From assembly GCA_016176605.1 (NCBI GenBank), contig JACOWW010000003.1, forward strand, positions 30,138 to 94,137: a stretch of DNA of 64,000 bases, written 5' to 3'. The translations under genes and the position numbers were made by a program. Source of the DNA: Candidatus Saccharimonadota bacterium. Lineage in GTDB: Bacteria > Patescibacteriota > Saccharimonadia > Saccharimonadales > UBA10212. Below, piece by piece: positions 42,905 through 51,992 of this stretch; position 1 is the first letter of the stretch, and each line of letters begins with the position of its first letter. The notes beneath the pieces were generated by a model. The model was not told the origin of the DNA. It was given only the letters and a program-made list of their open reading frames with translations, and searched no databases.

Positions 42905-43294
42905 ATGATTGCTGACGCTTTAGCTCTCTATGAGTTTTTACAGAAGAACAAGGATAAATACGATATCTTGAGTGCCCTATTTAATGTAGATGGTAAACGC
43001 TTGGAAGGCAGTAATATGGTAAGCGTTGAAGTAAAAAAAACGGCCCACAGCGACGTGTGGTTCTACAAAGTTAAACCAATTGAAGATTATGTTTTTGTTC
43101 CAATGCCAGTAGTACCTTGTTTTACTGATTATGGACAACCGGTCCTTCACTCTAATTCTGACGCTAATCTATTTAGATTCATTCCCCATCCAGTCGTTCG
43201 TTTTGAGTCTAATTACGCACCGAACTTATCTGTTGATTTTTCTGTTTTAGGCTATAAGCCCAGGCAATTACTTTCCAAACTAGAGCTTAAGTGA
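42905..43294 (+). CDS. Hypothetical protein (129 aa)
   Basis: ORF only. Confidence 0.4.
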   Translation: MIADALALYEFLQKNKDKYDILSALFNVDGKRLEGSNMVSVEVKKTAHSDVWFYKVKPIEDYVFVPMPVVPCFTDYGQPVLHSNSDANLFRFIPHPVVRFESNYAPNLSVDFSVLGYKPRQLLSKLELK

Positions 43295-43366
43295 AACAAC
43301 CCAAACTATAGGCGACTTTCCCATGACAGCAAGTAGGTTATGGGAGGATTTTGAGGGTGCGTTTTG

Positions 43367-44077
43367 ATGGCTACCCTCTATAATGGCTTTAGTATGACTG
43401 TAATTCTGGCTGGGTTATATGGAAATGGAGATGGAGCAATTGTTGTTTCAGATAAAATGCGGACAGTTAAACACCCGCTTACCAATGACGAATTTGAGAC
43501 TGAAAATGAAGCAATAAATAAGACTAAAAAATTAAATGATTCTGTATATATAGCCTGCAGTGGTAGCGATGATTTCTGGGGTGAAATTTTGGATAAGGTT
43601 GAGGAGCAAATTCACCCCACTGATAAGCCAAGAAAAGTACGTGCAATTATTGAAAAAGAATATAGGAAACAACATATGCGTTGGCTTGAAGCGACTGTGC
43701 TGGTGCCGCTAGGCTTTGAGAACCTAAAAGATTACAATGCCCGAGCTAATATAGAACTGCCTCCTGCGCGAATAGAGCAGATAGATAGACAGCTTAGAGA
43801 AACTTTGGGTACGGGCGAACTTGTATTAATTGCGCAAGAAAATGATAGATATATGCTATACGGCCTGCAGGACCCCGGACTCTTTAAACAATTGATGAGT
43901 GGCTTTGCCGTTTGTGGTAGTGGTGCGAAATCAGCCTTACAAACGGTAGTAACAAATTATGAAATGGGCATGCACAAAAAACAGCTAGAGGAGCTCTTAT
44001 TGAAAGCAAAAAAACTTTCCGAACAGGATAAGGGGGTCGGTAAACTAACAAACATTCTCTATATACCAGAGGTATAA
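43367..44077 (+). CDS. Proteasome-type Ntn-hydrolase homologue (HslV/Anbu/BPH-like)
   Basis: FSM|TVILAGLYGNGDGAIVVSDKMRT aligns by eye with the beta-subunit N-terminus TTIVG.K..DGVVLAADKRAT. Also has KLNDSVYIACSGSDD and CGSGAKSAL. Confidence 0.4.
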   Translation: MATLYNGFSMTVILAGLYGNGDGAIVVSDKMRTVKHPLTNDEFETENEAINKTKKLNDSVYIACSGSDDFWGEILDKVEEQIHPTDKPRKVRAIIEKEYRKQHMRWLEATVLVPLGFENLKDYNARANIELPPARIEQIDRQLRETLGTGELVLIAQENDRYMLYGLQDPGLFKQLMSGFAVCGSGAKSALQTVVTNYEMGMHKKQLEELLLKAKKLSEQDKGVGKLTNILYIPEV

Positions 44078-44360
44078 TCTAGACATGAGCAAAAAAATAT
44101 TCAAACGACTGATTAAACGTGCTTCCCAGCCCGTTCCAAAAGAACAGGACAAACAGCGATATCCCGGTAGTTATAGCGAAAGCTAAAATGATCAGCTACT
44201 TAATCGCAGCTTGTTGTCTAATTCTTTCTGTTATTAGTTTTAGTGACTATAAAAATAAAATTAAATTGCTATTCGGATTTATGTGGCTTGCAATATTTGT
44301 TTTGATAATAATTACTTTCTTCCGTGATTAACGAAAATACTCGACAAGTCAAGTATTTCC

Positions 44361-44663
44361 CTAAGGTTCGGCAATTATATCTCTTGTTTGGAGGTTATCA
44401 AGAGCATCTACCATCTCGTCGTATTCAAGCCCCGAGTAGCTCTTAGCTGTTTCTATATCCGAATTCAACTCTTCTATCGTAGAATTTGCCTCGGATAATG
44501 CAGATTGATAATCCTCGACCTGTGCTTCTAAGCTACTGATTTCTTCTTGAGCCGATGTTTGCTTATCGTCCTTACTTGAAAAAGTTCCCAAGACACCAAG
44601 TAGAATAACAACAAGAACGACAGCAACAATCCAACCAATCGCTTTACTATTATCTTCTTCGAT
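44361..44663 (-). CDS. Small TM + coiled-coil protein; probable non-ATG start
   Basis: The listed ORF (TTG at 44591) starts just after a TM helix (AIGWIVAVVLVVILLGVL) that is in frame upstream. The frame opens after a TAG at 44676-44678. Only ATA (44666) or ATC (44663) follow the AGGAG SD. Confidence 0.3.
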   Translation of the reverse strand: MEEDNSKAIGWIVAVVLVVILLGVLGTFSSKDDKQTSAQEEISSLEAQVEDYQSALSEANSTIEELNSDIETAKSYSGLEYDEMVDALDNLQTRDIIAEP

Positions 44664-44685
44664 TATGTTTCTCCTCTATTATCAC

Positions 44686-45468
44686 CTAATTTGACTCGCA
44701 ACCTATGCCATCGCCATCGCGGTCAAATCTATGTCTGTCCGTACCGATTATACGCACACTAAAGTTGATATCACCGCAATCTAGGTCATAACTTACGTTA
44801 GGTATGCAGGGAGTATAATTCGGGTCACAATTGTCAGGGGTAGGAGTGGGCTCAGGCGTTTCTTCTAGTGCAGGAGTAGGTACGGGAGTTAGCACAGGTT
44901 CAGTTCGTTCGCCATTACAAGTATCAGCAGACCATAGCCCCTTTTCTTGAGCGTCGGCCTCCTGCTGTGCTTTTTTATAGTCAGATTGATATTTATAGGG
45001 CTTATCATAGGTATATTCGTAGGCATATCCATCAGCTAACATTCTTATGTTGATATCCGTTCCGTCCTCAAGCTTAATGTAGCGTAGAAGTCGATTATAT
45101 TTGTCTTTATCGTCTTGGGTAATATCCGATTCAAGTCGGATTTTTTTATCCTTAAGAAGGTCTTTTAGATGCTGGGAAGCCTCAGCGCCAAAACATTGCA
45201 CCATTGTCCTGGGGTCTTTGATCTCAGGGGTATCAATTCCTATTAATCTGATGGTTTGCTCTGGGTCATTATTAGCTTTGACTTTTAGAGTATCCCCGTC
45301 TATGATTTGTGTCGCTTTATAATAGTTAACCTCCTCAATTTGTGGGTTCTGTACTTTCTGGTTGTCTGATTTTTGTAAGGTAAGTATTGCTACAACTACA
45401 GCAAAAAGGGGGAGCAAAAGAATAGCAATCAGTCGTTTCCATCGACCCTTAAACCAGCTCTTATTCAT
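44686..45468 (-). CDS. Membrane-anchored/secreted thermonuclease (SNase-like) with C-terminal Excalibur Ca-binding domain
   Basis: IIDGDTLKV...IRLIGIDTPE...RYIKLEDGTDINIRMLADGYAYEY, and a terminal DRDGDGIGCE. Confidence 0.8.
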   Translation of the reverse strand: MNKSWFKGRWKRLIAILLLPLFAVVVAILTLQKSDNQKVQNPQIEEVNYYKATQIIDGDTLKVKANNDPEQTIRLIGIDTPEIKDPRTMVQCFGAEASQHLKDLLKDKKIRLESDITQDDKDKYNRLLRYIKLEDGTDINIRMLADGYAYEYTYDKPYKYQSDYKKAQQEADAQEKGLWSADTCNGERTEPVLTPVPTPALEETPEPTPTPDNCDPNYTPCIPNVSYDLDCGDINFSVRIIGTDRHRFDRDGDGIGCESN

Positions 45469-45477
45469 ACTTAGTGA

Positions 45478-46032
45478 TTACTCACTTAAAATTTCATCAA
45501 GTGATTTGTTTAAAAAATGATTGCCACCACTCAGACAGCGTTCTTCGAGCTTAGTTGGCCCATACATAAGATATTTATCAAGATCGAAATTAATAGAACG
45601 ACACATTTGTTGCTCAGCGGTTATTCTACCTACAACAACTTCACGTCCTTCCCTATATTTTTTCCCATAAACTAAAAATCCTCCGATGCTAAGCGTGAAT
45701 ATTAGTACACTAATCGAAAGGAGCAAAACTACAGCATCTCTATTGAATCCATCTTTACCTACAGTTAGCAGTGCAACCGTGATGATAAAGAGAAGAACGG
45801 CCACTGCAGTAACAACGATTGCTGTTGGGTTAAAAGGTTTAAAATCTGTAACTCGCACCCGCTCCTCAACAGTCCGATTAGGGTCGGTATCTGAATTGAG
45901 GAAAGAAAATACCTCAGTAGTACGGGTAAAAGTATGAGAGAGAAGGCTTGTTTTATATAAAACAGCTAATGACGTTACAACTAAACTTAGCCCAATTACT
46001 GTAGCCAAGATGTACCGGGTACTAACTTTCAC
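45478..46032 (-). CDS. Hypothetical membrane protein (184 aa)
   Basis: Three or four TM segments. Directly upstream of the nuclease gene. Confidence 0.45.
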   Translation of the reverse strand: MKVSTRYILATVIGLSLVVTSLAVLYKTSLLSHTFTRTTEVFSFLNSDTDPNRTVEERVRVTDFKPFNPTAIVVTAVAVLLFIITVALLTVGKDGFNRDAVVLLLSISVLIFTLSIGGFLVYGKKYREGREVVVGRITAEQQMCRSINFDLDKYLMYGPTKLEERCLSGGNHFLNKSLDEILSE

Positions 46033-46231
46033 TAGAGCGGTCTCACTTTTCTTAATATAAACTATACACCTTTACTCCAGCAGCGGCTGGCGCGACTATT
46101 AAGTGATAGCATTTACTAAAAGCCTTGACAGTTGTGGGCAGTCTTAGCTTAGGCGTAGGCCGGAAGTATTTTTAGAAAACGTAGAAATTTAACGCTTAGT
46201 TATTTTGATAATTTAAGTGTACTATTCCTGC

Positions 46232-46900
46232 ATGAGCGCGGGCGGAAATACCCTTCCTGATGACCTGCATTTACGCGACGAGTTAGGTGAGGTAAAGATC
46301 ATTGTTGATGGGGAAACTACAATATTTTATCCAGAAGAAGCTCTGGAAACACTCGTAGCTACCCGCGAAGCTTATATTTCCGCGTTGCTGGAAGCGCAAA
46401 GGCAGCCTTCAGTCCAAACTTTAGCCGTTGTCAAAGAAGCTAGAAGACTAGCGATCAACGGCATAGATCCTATCCACCGTGCCCAACTATTCCGTACATC
46501 GGGAGATTCTGCAATCACTACTTCAGCTTTTACGGGCGTTTTTTCAGGCGCGCAACAACTGGCTGGAGTAGCTGAAAAAATAAATCCAAATTGGGAAGCC
46601 AGTTTCGCTACAAAAGAAGATCCTGAACAAATTCTAGAAGCACTTCTAGAAGATCCTGAGCGAGCTGGTTCGATAGCTAATCAGTTATGCCTAACTTACA
46701 GACAGATGACCAACAGCGCTGAAAACGCACTTTATAATTCCCCGCCAGTTGAAGGGTTTTTTGTAGATAGTTTAAAAACAGATCAACATGTTGAACACCA
46801 AGGTAGGGGTGAGGATCCAAAAAATAGAAAATTAACTTGGGCATTTCTCGGTGCTGCCGCCTGGACCCTTATAAAGTCGGTGCATCGGCGCAAAAAATAA
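46232..46900 (+). CDS. Hypothetical protein with C-terminal TM anchor
   Basis: ORF (ATG at 46232 preferred). Twin hairpins at 46910-46952 follow the stop. Confidence 0.45.
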   Translation: MSAGGNTLPDDLHLRDELGEVKIIVDGETTIFYPEEALETLVATREAYISALLEAQRQPSVQTLAVVKEARRLAINGIDPIHRAQLFRTSGDSAITTSAFTGVFSGAQQLAGVAEKINPNWEASFATKEDPEQILEALLEDPERAGSIANQLCLTYRQMTNSAENALYNSPPVEGFFVDSLKTDQHVEHQGRGEDPKNRKLTWAFLGAAAWTLIKSVHRRKK

Positions 46901-46971
46901 GTGTACCTTCCCGACGTATGTGGTCGGGACCCCGATCCAAAAGCATCGGGGTTGTTAGAATAGCTGTACTT

Positions 46972-47079
46972 ATCCCGTTAGACTTCAAAAGAGTTACAAT
47001 ATTAAGCTGTGTGTAGAAGCAAGCAAACGCGTCCAATCGTCATAATTGGCACGGAAATTAGGTGAGGTCTAATCGGGAT
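46972..47079 (+). repeat. Orphan copy of the inverted-repeat cassette (ATCCCGTTAGACTTC ... GAGGTCTAATCGGGAT)
   Basis: Arms at 46972-46986 and 47064-47079. The right arm again ends in ATG, but only a 10-codon ORF follows. Lies between convergent genes. Confidence 0.65.
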
Positions 47080-47270
47080 GGCCTTGTCTATTGGCATAGT
47101 AAGTTTATAGCCATACCTTTTGAATTAAAAATTAAGACGCCACATACTGATAGGGGCAAACGTAGATATTCCGATAAATATGCCAAGCGAATGGCAGAGT
47201 TTGTGCGTTAAATATCAAAATCATCCACTCGCTTTAAATTTTCTTATTAGCTAGTATGCTGAGATTCGCT

Positions 47271-47828
47271 TTAAGTCTGTTTCATATAAAAGGCCAAATG
47301 CCCCAGATCTTCACCAAGACCTCGGGCCATTGTGCCTTTGAGCCCTTCATTTGAAGTAGTGATGTATCTATCTAGTCCACCTACCGTCCTTTGCCAGTGG
47401 TAAAGGTCAAAGATTTTTTGTGGCACCTGGATAGCCGGTACTTCGCCACTCTCGGTTTTTCGCAAAATCTTTTTAATCTCCGGGTCATCGCCTCCATTAA
47501 TACACCAGCCCGGTACGTTAGTACCCTCCTGATCAACGAATGATATTAAAACGCCTTTACTAACGCCTTCATCTACTAAAGCCATAAATCTCTTCCATTC
47601 TGGATCCTCATAGTGTGGCTCAAGCTTCGCTCCAACAACGGATACTACACGATGCAATTGTTCTCTATCGTCATCGCTAAGTTCTAAGCCCCTACCAAAA
47701 AGTACACCAGGTTGCATAGAAGTTTTTATGATTTCATTTAATCTAACCCTATCTAATTCAGTATCATTGTCCTGGTTGCCCTGAGTAAGACTTGGGTCTG
47801 TTGATGAAGTTTCGGGTGTATCTGCCAT
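47271..47828 (-). CDS. Hypothetical protein (185 aa)
   Basis: ORF only. Confidence 0.45.
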   Translation of the reverse strand: MADTPETSSTDPSLTQGNQDNDTELDRVRLNEIIKTSMQPGVLFGRGLELSDDDREQLHRVVSVVGAKLEPHYEDPEWKRFMALVDEGVSKGVLISFVDQEGTNVPGWCINGGDDPEIKKILRKTESGEVPAIQVPQKIFDLYHWQRTVGGLDRYITTSNEGLKGTMARGLGEDLGHLAFYMKQT

Positions 47829-47935
47829 ATTTATTTTTTATCTGACTTTTATAAAATAGCATATCTTCTCGATTTTGGCAAGGGTTTTCCTTGTTCGTGC
47901 TATGATTAACAGATGAGAATTAGCGAAGAACGTCA

Positions 47936-49090
47936 ATGTCGCTTCAAATAGGAATCATCGGCCTTCCTAACGTAGGTAAATCCACGCTTTTTAACGCGTT
48001 GACGGATGCGGACGCGTTGATTGCTAATTACCCTTTTGCCACTATTGAGCCAAACACTGGAATTGTTCCCATCCCGGATCCGCGCTTGCCGAAGCTGGCA
48101 GAAATTTATAAAACCCAAAAAATTATTCCTGCGACTGTCACTTTTGTCGACATTGCCGGCTTAGTGGCCGGCGCCAGTAAAGGCGAAGGCTTGGGCAACC
48201 AATTTTTAGCGCACATCCGAAGCACTAATGCCATTTGCCACGTGGTACGGGCCTTTGATGATCCTAATGTTGCCAGTGCAAAAAACCCCGACGCTGCGGT
48301 CGGGGCTCCGACCACCGATCTAGTAGTCGGTGCATCGGAGGATATAGAAATTGTCAACACGGAACTAGTCTTAGCCGATCTGCAAACAGTCGAAAAACGT
48401 CTGCCACGCCTGGAAAAAGAAGTTAAAGCCGATCCCAAACTCAAGCCCTTACTCGACGCCCTAAATGCCATCAACTCCCATCTTCAAACCAACTCACCCC
48501 TGCATAGTTCTCAAGTTCTGCAGAACATTAGAACAAGTGAGGTCCAATCGGCGCTGCTTGACAGTTTGCAGTTGCTGACGGCCAAGCCAGTCATTTATGT
48601 TTTTAATGTCGACGAAACGTTGCTGGAGGGTCGTACCCTTAGACCTAAGGGTACGACCCTAAAGGAGTTAACTGAGCTGGTTGCGCCATCCAGGGCCATA
48701 TTTATTTGCGCGAAACTAGAAAACGAACTGCGTGGAATGGGTGAAGCCGACCGCCAGGAACTGCTAGAAAGCTACGGCCAAAACGAGAGCGGCCTGATGC
48801 AGTTAATCCATGCGGCGTATGACATATTGAACTTGCAAAGTTTTTTGACGGCTGGTGAAAAGGAAGTGCGGGCCTGGACTATACCCAAAGGCACTACTGC
48901 CCCGCAAGCCGCCGGTGTTATACACAGCGATTTTGAACACGGCTTTATTGCCGCCCAAGTCGTCAACTACCAAGATTTAATAAAAGCCGGCTCATTAGCC
49001 GGCGCGCGGGCCGCCGGCAAAGTACGTGCCGAAGGCAAAACCTACGTTATGCAACCTGATGACGTGGTCGAGTTCCGTTTCAACGTCTAA
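47936..49090 (+). CDS. ychF: Ribosome-binding ATPase YchF (Obg-like)
   Basis: IGIIGLPNVGKSTLFNALT, FVDIAGLV.GAS.GEGLGNQFL, C-terminal TGS-like AAGVIHSDFEHGFIAAQV. Confidence 0.9.
   Translation: MSLQIGIIGLPNVGKSTLFNALTDADALIANYPFATIEPNTGIVPIPDPRLPKLAEIYKTQKIIPATVTFVDIAGLVAGASKGEGLGNQFLAHIRSTNAICHVVRAFDDPNVASAKNPDAAVGAPTTDLVVGASEDIEIVNTELVLADLQTVEKRLPRLEKEVKADPKLKPLLDALNAINSHLQTNSPLHSSQVLQNIRTSEVQSALLDSLQLLTAKPVIYVFNVDETLLEGRTLRPKGTTLKELTELVAPSRAIFICAKLENELRGMGEADRQELLESYGQNESGLMQLIHAAYDILNLQSFLTAGEKEVRAWTIPKGTTAPQAAGVIHSDFEHGFIAAQVVNYQDLIKAGSLAGARAAGKVRAEGKTYVMQPDDVVEFRFNV
48627..48667. repeat. Palindromic element embedded in frame in ychF (15-bp arms AGGGTCGTACCCTTA / TAAGGGTACGACCCT, 4-nt spacer, then AAAGGAG)
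   Basis: Same element as 993-1040. Translates to EGRTLRPKGTTLKE here. Confidence 0.8.
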
Positions 49091-49196
49091 CCATTGTTCA
49101 TTGCTTTTTGTTCTTTGTTCATTGAATTACGACGGTCGCCAGACCCCTGGGTGGGCACGCGGTTTCCCGGCGTGCCCACCCATCAAGCCTTGGTCT

Positions 49197-49814
49197 TTAG
49201 ATCAACCCGCAGTACCTGGCCGTATTCGGCCACGGGTAGTAGCCTCGTCCGTTCCTGCGGGCGTACTCCGCCACAATGATCTGCTCGCGCGGAGTCCAAC
49301 GATCAGCGGTCCCCTTAGCTGCGTGTAGTGCCGACCACGACTTAAAGCCGAGTGCGGGCGGCCCATAGGTGCTTTGGAACTCCAGATCCATCTGGAGCCC
49401 ACCGTCATACGTGCCGTTGTGTCCAGGAGCGTCTTTGTCATAGTGCCAGGTCGCTTCATATCTGTGGATACACGACCAAGCTGGTATGTCGCCCATCAGA
49501 TTAGTGCGAATGAGCTTGTTCGTCTCACCGATTTCTCGACGGAGCCAGCGCTCCTGCTTAATATGCCACCAGAGCGCATAGGCGGCTGTGCCAAGTGGCG
49601 GCCTACGCAACTGAAGTAGCCGGAAACTGCGCCTAGCAAACCAAAACTGCGTCTGGCTGGTATGCTTGAGCACGTGCTTCTGGAGCTCCAGCCGCTTAAG
49701 CAGTGGTGTCTCAGCGGTGATTCTTACACGATGCGCCGTTGCCGGCGTCGAGAAAATCAGCCCCACCGTAACTACTGCAAAGCCAACAACTAACAGACGT
49801 TTGAGGTTGGGCAT
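49197..49814 (-). CDS. Secreted transglycosylase-like (Rpf-type) protein
   Basis: Signal peptide MPNLKRLLVVGFAVVTVGLIFSTPATA after a GGAGGG SD (start 49814). WSCIHRYE..GTYDGGLQMDLEFQ resembles the Rpf/transglycosylase-like motif. Confidence 0.5.
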   Translation of the reverse strand: MPNLKRLLVVGFAVVTVGLIFSTPATAHRVRITAETPLLKRLELQKHVLKHTSQTQFWFARRSFRLLQLRRPPLGTAAYALWWHIKQERWLRREIGETNKLIRTNLMGDIPAWSCIHRYEATWHYDKDAPGHNGTYDGGLQMDLEFQSTYGPPALGFKSWSALHAAKGTADRWTPREQIIVAEYARRNGRGYYPWPNTARYCGLI

Positions 49815-50045
49815 CTTCGGCTGCCCTCCTTCGATTTCGATGTACGATAAGCCCACTGCGGGCTCATCTATTAAAATCGCCAGTTTGTAAGCCATCCTCG
49901 CCGCGATAGTTACCCATCGCTGACTAGGCTTAAAGTCTGAGCCTATCAAATTGGCGTACATCCCGCTAAAGGCGGAACGTACTCTTTGATAGACATATGT
50001 TCAGACCGGTCTGGCGACCGTCTTTCCTATTATACCACAAGTGCT

Positions 50046-50759
50046 TTACAGAGGTTTTAACAGATAAAAACGCTCCTGGTTGCCCTTGGCGCCGGTTATG
50101 CTGCTATCGACTTTAGCTTTAATAATGAACAATTTTTTTACCCAATTTTCAAAGTTTCTTATAACCTGTCGGCGAATTTTATCGTTCTTTATTACACCCC
50201 TGTTAATTTGACCTTTCCCAGCCTCGAATTGAGGTTTCAAAAGAACCAAAAACTCAGTTTTTGAGGCACAAATTTGCTTTAAGTAAGGCAGTATTTCTCG
50301 CAAAGAAATAAAGGAAACGTCGACCAAAATAATATTCGGCTTAACTTTTGGCTTAAAATTACGAACGTCGGTCTTTTCGTGTAACTCTACCCTTGGATCC
50401 CCGACTAGTTTCGGATGCATTTGATTGGTACCGACTTCAACCGCAATCACTTTCTTGGCACCTTTTTGCAAAGCATAATCCGTAAAACCGCCAGTGCTGC
50501 TGCCTACGTCCAGTACCACTTTATCTTTGAAGTCTGTCTTAAATAGCTTATTTGCTTCAGATAATTTGATGCCTGCCCGGCTGACGTAATTTTCGGTAGT
50601 TCTTAGTCGGATTTTATTATTCCCAGAGGTAAAATAGCCGGTTTTCACGACTACAACGCCATCAACCTCTACTTTTCCCAACCTAATTAAATTTTCGGCC
50701 TGGCTGCGTGTGCTCACTAGCCCCCGTGCCACCAATGCTTGATCTAGTCTATTTTTCAT
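50046..50759 (-). CDS. tlyA: TlyA-family rRNA 2'-O-methyltransferase
   Basis: S4 domain RLDQALVARGLVSTRSQAENLI..GKVEVDG plus FtsJ motif VLDVGSSTGGFTD. Confidence 0.8.
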   Translation of the reverse strand: MKNRLDQALVARGLVSTRSQAENLIRLGKVEVDGVVVVKTGYFTSGNNKIRLRTTENYVSRAGIKLSEANKLFKTDFKDKVVLDVGSSTGGFTDYALQKGAKKVIAVEVGTNQMHPKLVGDPRVELHEKTDVRNFKPKVKPNIILVDVSFISLREILPYLKQICASKTEFLVLLKPQFEAGKGQINRGVIKNDKIRRQVIRNFENWVKKLFIIKAKVDSSITGAKGNQERFYLLKPL

Positions 50760-51258
50760 TAAGTTGAGCTTTAGCGGCCACATAACGGATGTGGTCTTCC
50801 CGGCGTTTTGCCTTGACCAGAACTATATGAGAAATGTGCATAGTATCGCCCTCTGTTAAAACGAACCCCCGGCGTTGAGCAATGTGCGGAACATAATCAT
50901 TACCGACGTAAGGGTCACGCTCGGCCCAGCGGGCACCAATTGCACCAAACCAGCTTAGGGCTAGTTTGTGAAGCCCCATAAATTTGGCCTTCGGCTCAAC
51001 GATGTTAACCGGTACATCGTGCTTGGGGCCATACATTTTGGGTTCGCCGACCGTGGCCTTAAAAGCATTAAAACTGTCAAAATGTTTGTAAAACCAATCC
51101 GTGAAGGCTTTTTCATCTGTTTCAAGGGCAAACCAGGGCAAAATTGTGATATGGAGATCTGATGGGCTGAAGGCTGCTCCAACCGGCAATTCCTTAAGAA
51201 GATAAATAATGAAATAGCGGTAAGTTTTAGTTTCTAATTCTTTCTCTGTAAGTTCCAT
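50749..51258 (-). CDS. Possible 2H-phosphoesterase (LigT-like) family protein
   Basis: Two H-x-T/A-type motifs: LHITILPWF and VPHIAQRR. Confidence 0.35.
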   Translation of the reverse strand: MELTEKELETKTYRYFIIYLLKELPVGAAFSPSDLHITILPWFALETDEKAFTDWFYKHFDSFNAFKATVGEPKMYGPKHDVPVNIVEPKAKFMGLHKLALSWFGAIGARWAERDPYVGNDYVPHIAQRRGFVLTEGDTMHISHIVLVKAKRREDHIRYVAAKAQLNEK

Positions 51259-51796
51259 TGCTTGTGTCTATAGAGATTATATCCCCTTGTTTGATAAACG
51301 CCGGTACTTTAACTGTGATGCCTGTTTCCAGCGTAGCGTCTTTGATGATAGCCGTTGACGTATCACCCCTGACGGCAGATTCGGTATAAGTCACTTTTAA
51401 GTGGACGTTTTTGGGCAGTTCAATATTGATAATCCGGCCGCTAAAAAACTGGGCATTTAGCATGTCGCCTTCTTTTATATAGTTCGCTCTTTCTTCCATT
51501 ATGGCAACAGCTACAGCAAATTGCTCATAGTTTTCAGTGTCCATAAAATGGTAGCCGACGGCGTTTTTATATAGATATTGTACGGGCCGATTGGTAATAT
51601 CGGCGCTTTCCAGTTGTTCCCCGCCCTTGAATGTCTTATCTAAGACTTTGCCGTCTGCTAGGCTTTTGATTTTGACATTGACGATAGAGCCGCCGCGACC
51701 CATCACTTTTTGGGCGTATTCAACAACCCTGTACGGCGTACCATCCAGCTGAAAAATAGTACCTTTTTTGAGCTCAGTAATTGATAGACTAGCCAT
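51227..51796 (-). CDS. efp: Elongation factor P (Arg at the modified-loop position)
   Basis: ELKKGTIFQLDGTPYRVVEYAQKVMGRGGSIVNVKIK. The loop GRGG aligns with E. coli PGKGQ. Confidence 0.9.
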   Translation of the reverse strand: MASLSITELKKGTIFQLDGTPYRVVEYAQKVMGRGGSIVNVKIKSLADGKVLDKTFKGGEQLESADITNRPVQYLYKNAVGYHFMDTENYEQFAVAVAIMEERANYIKEGDMLNAQFFSGRIINIELPKNVHLKVTYTESAVRGDTSTAIIKDATLETGITVKVPAFIKQGDIISIDTSNGTYRERIRN

Positions 51797-51992
51797 TGGC
51801 AACAAATGGAAGCAGTGCTATATGTCTAGCTCTTTTAATGGCACGGGCCAGCTGGCGCTGTTTGGATTCGGTCAAGCCGGTTTTTTTGCGCTGTTCTATC
51901 TGACCGTATTGGTTAATGTAGCGCTGCAGCGTTTTGAAATCTTTGTAGTCAAAGTAAGCTACGTCGGTTCGGTGCTTAAAAATCTTCGCCAT
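51789..51992 (-). CDS. rpsR: 30S ribosomal protein S18
   Basis: YFDYKDFKTLQRYI...KQRQLARAIKRARHIALLPF. Confidence 0.9.
   Translation of the reverse strand: MAKIFKHRTDVAYFDYKDFKTLQRYINQYGQIEQRKKTGLTESKQRQLARAIKRARHIALLPFVANG

Noticed and set aside
47077-47109. 10-codon ORF following the orphan cassette as a real gene
   Set aside because: It is too short, has no SD and lies between convergent genes. It is kept only as context for the cassette.
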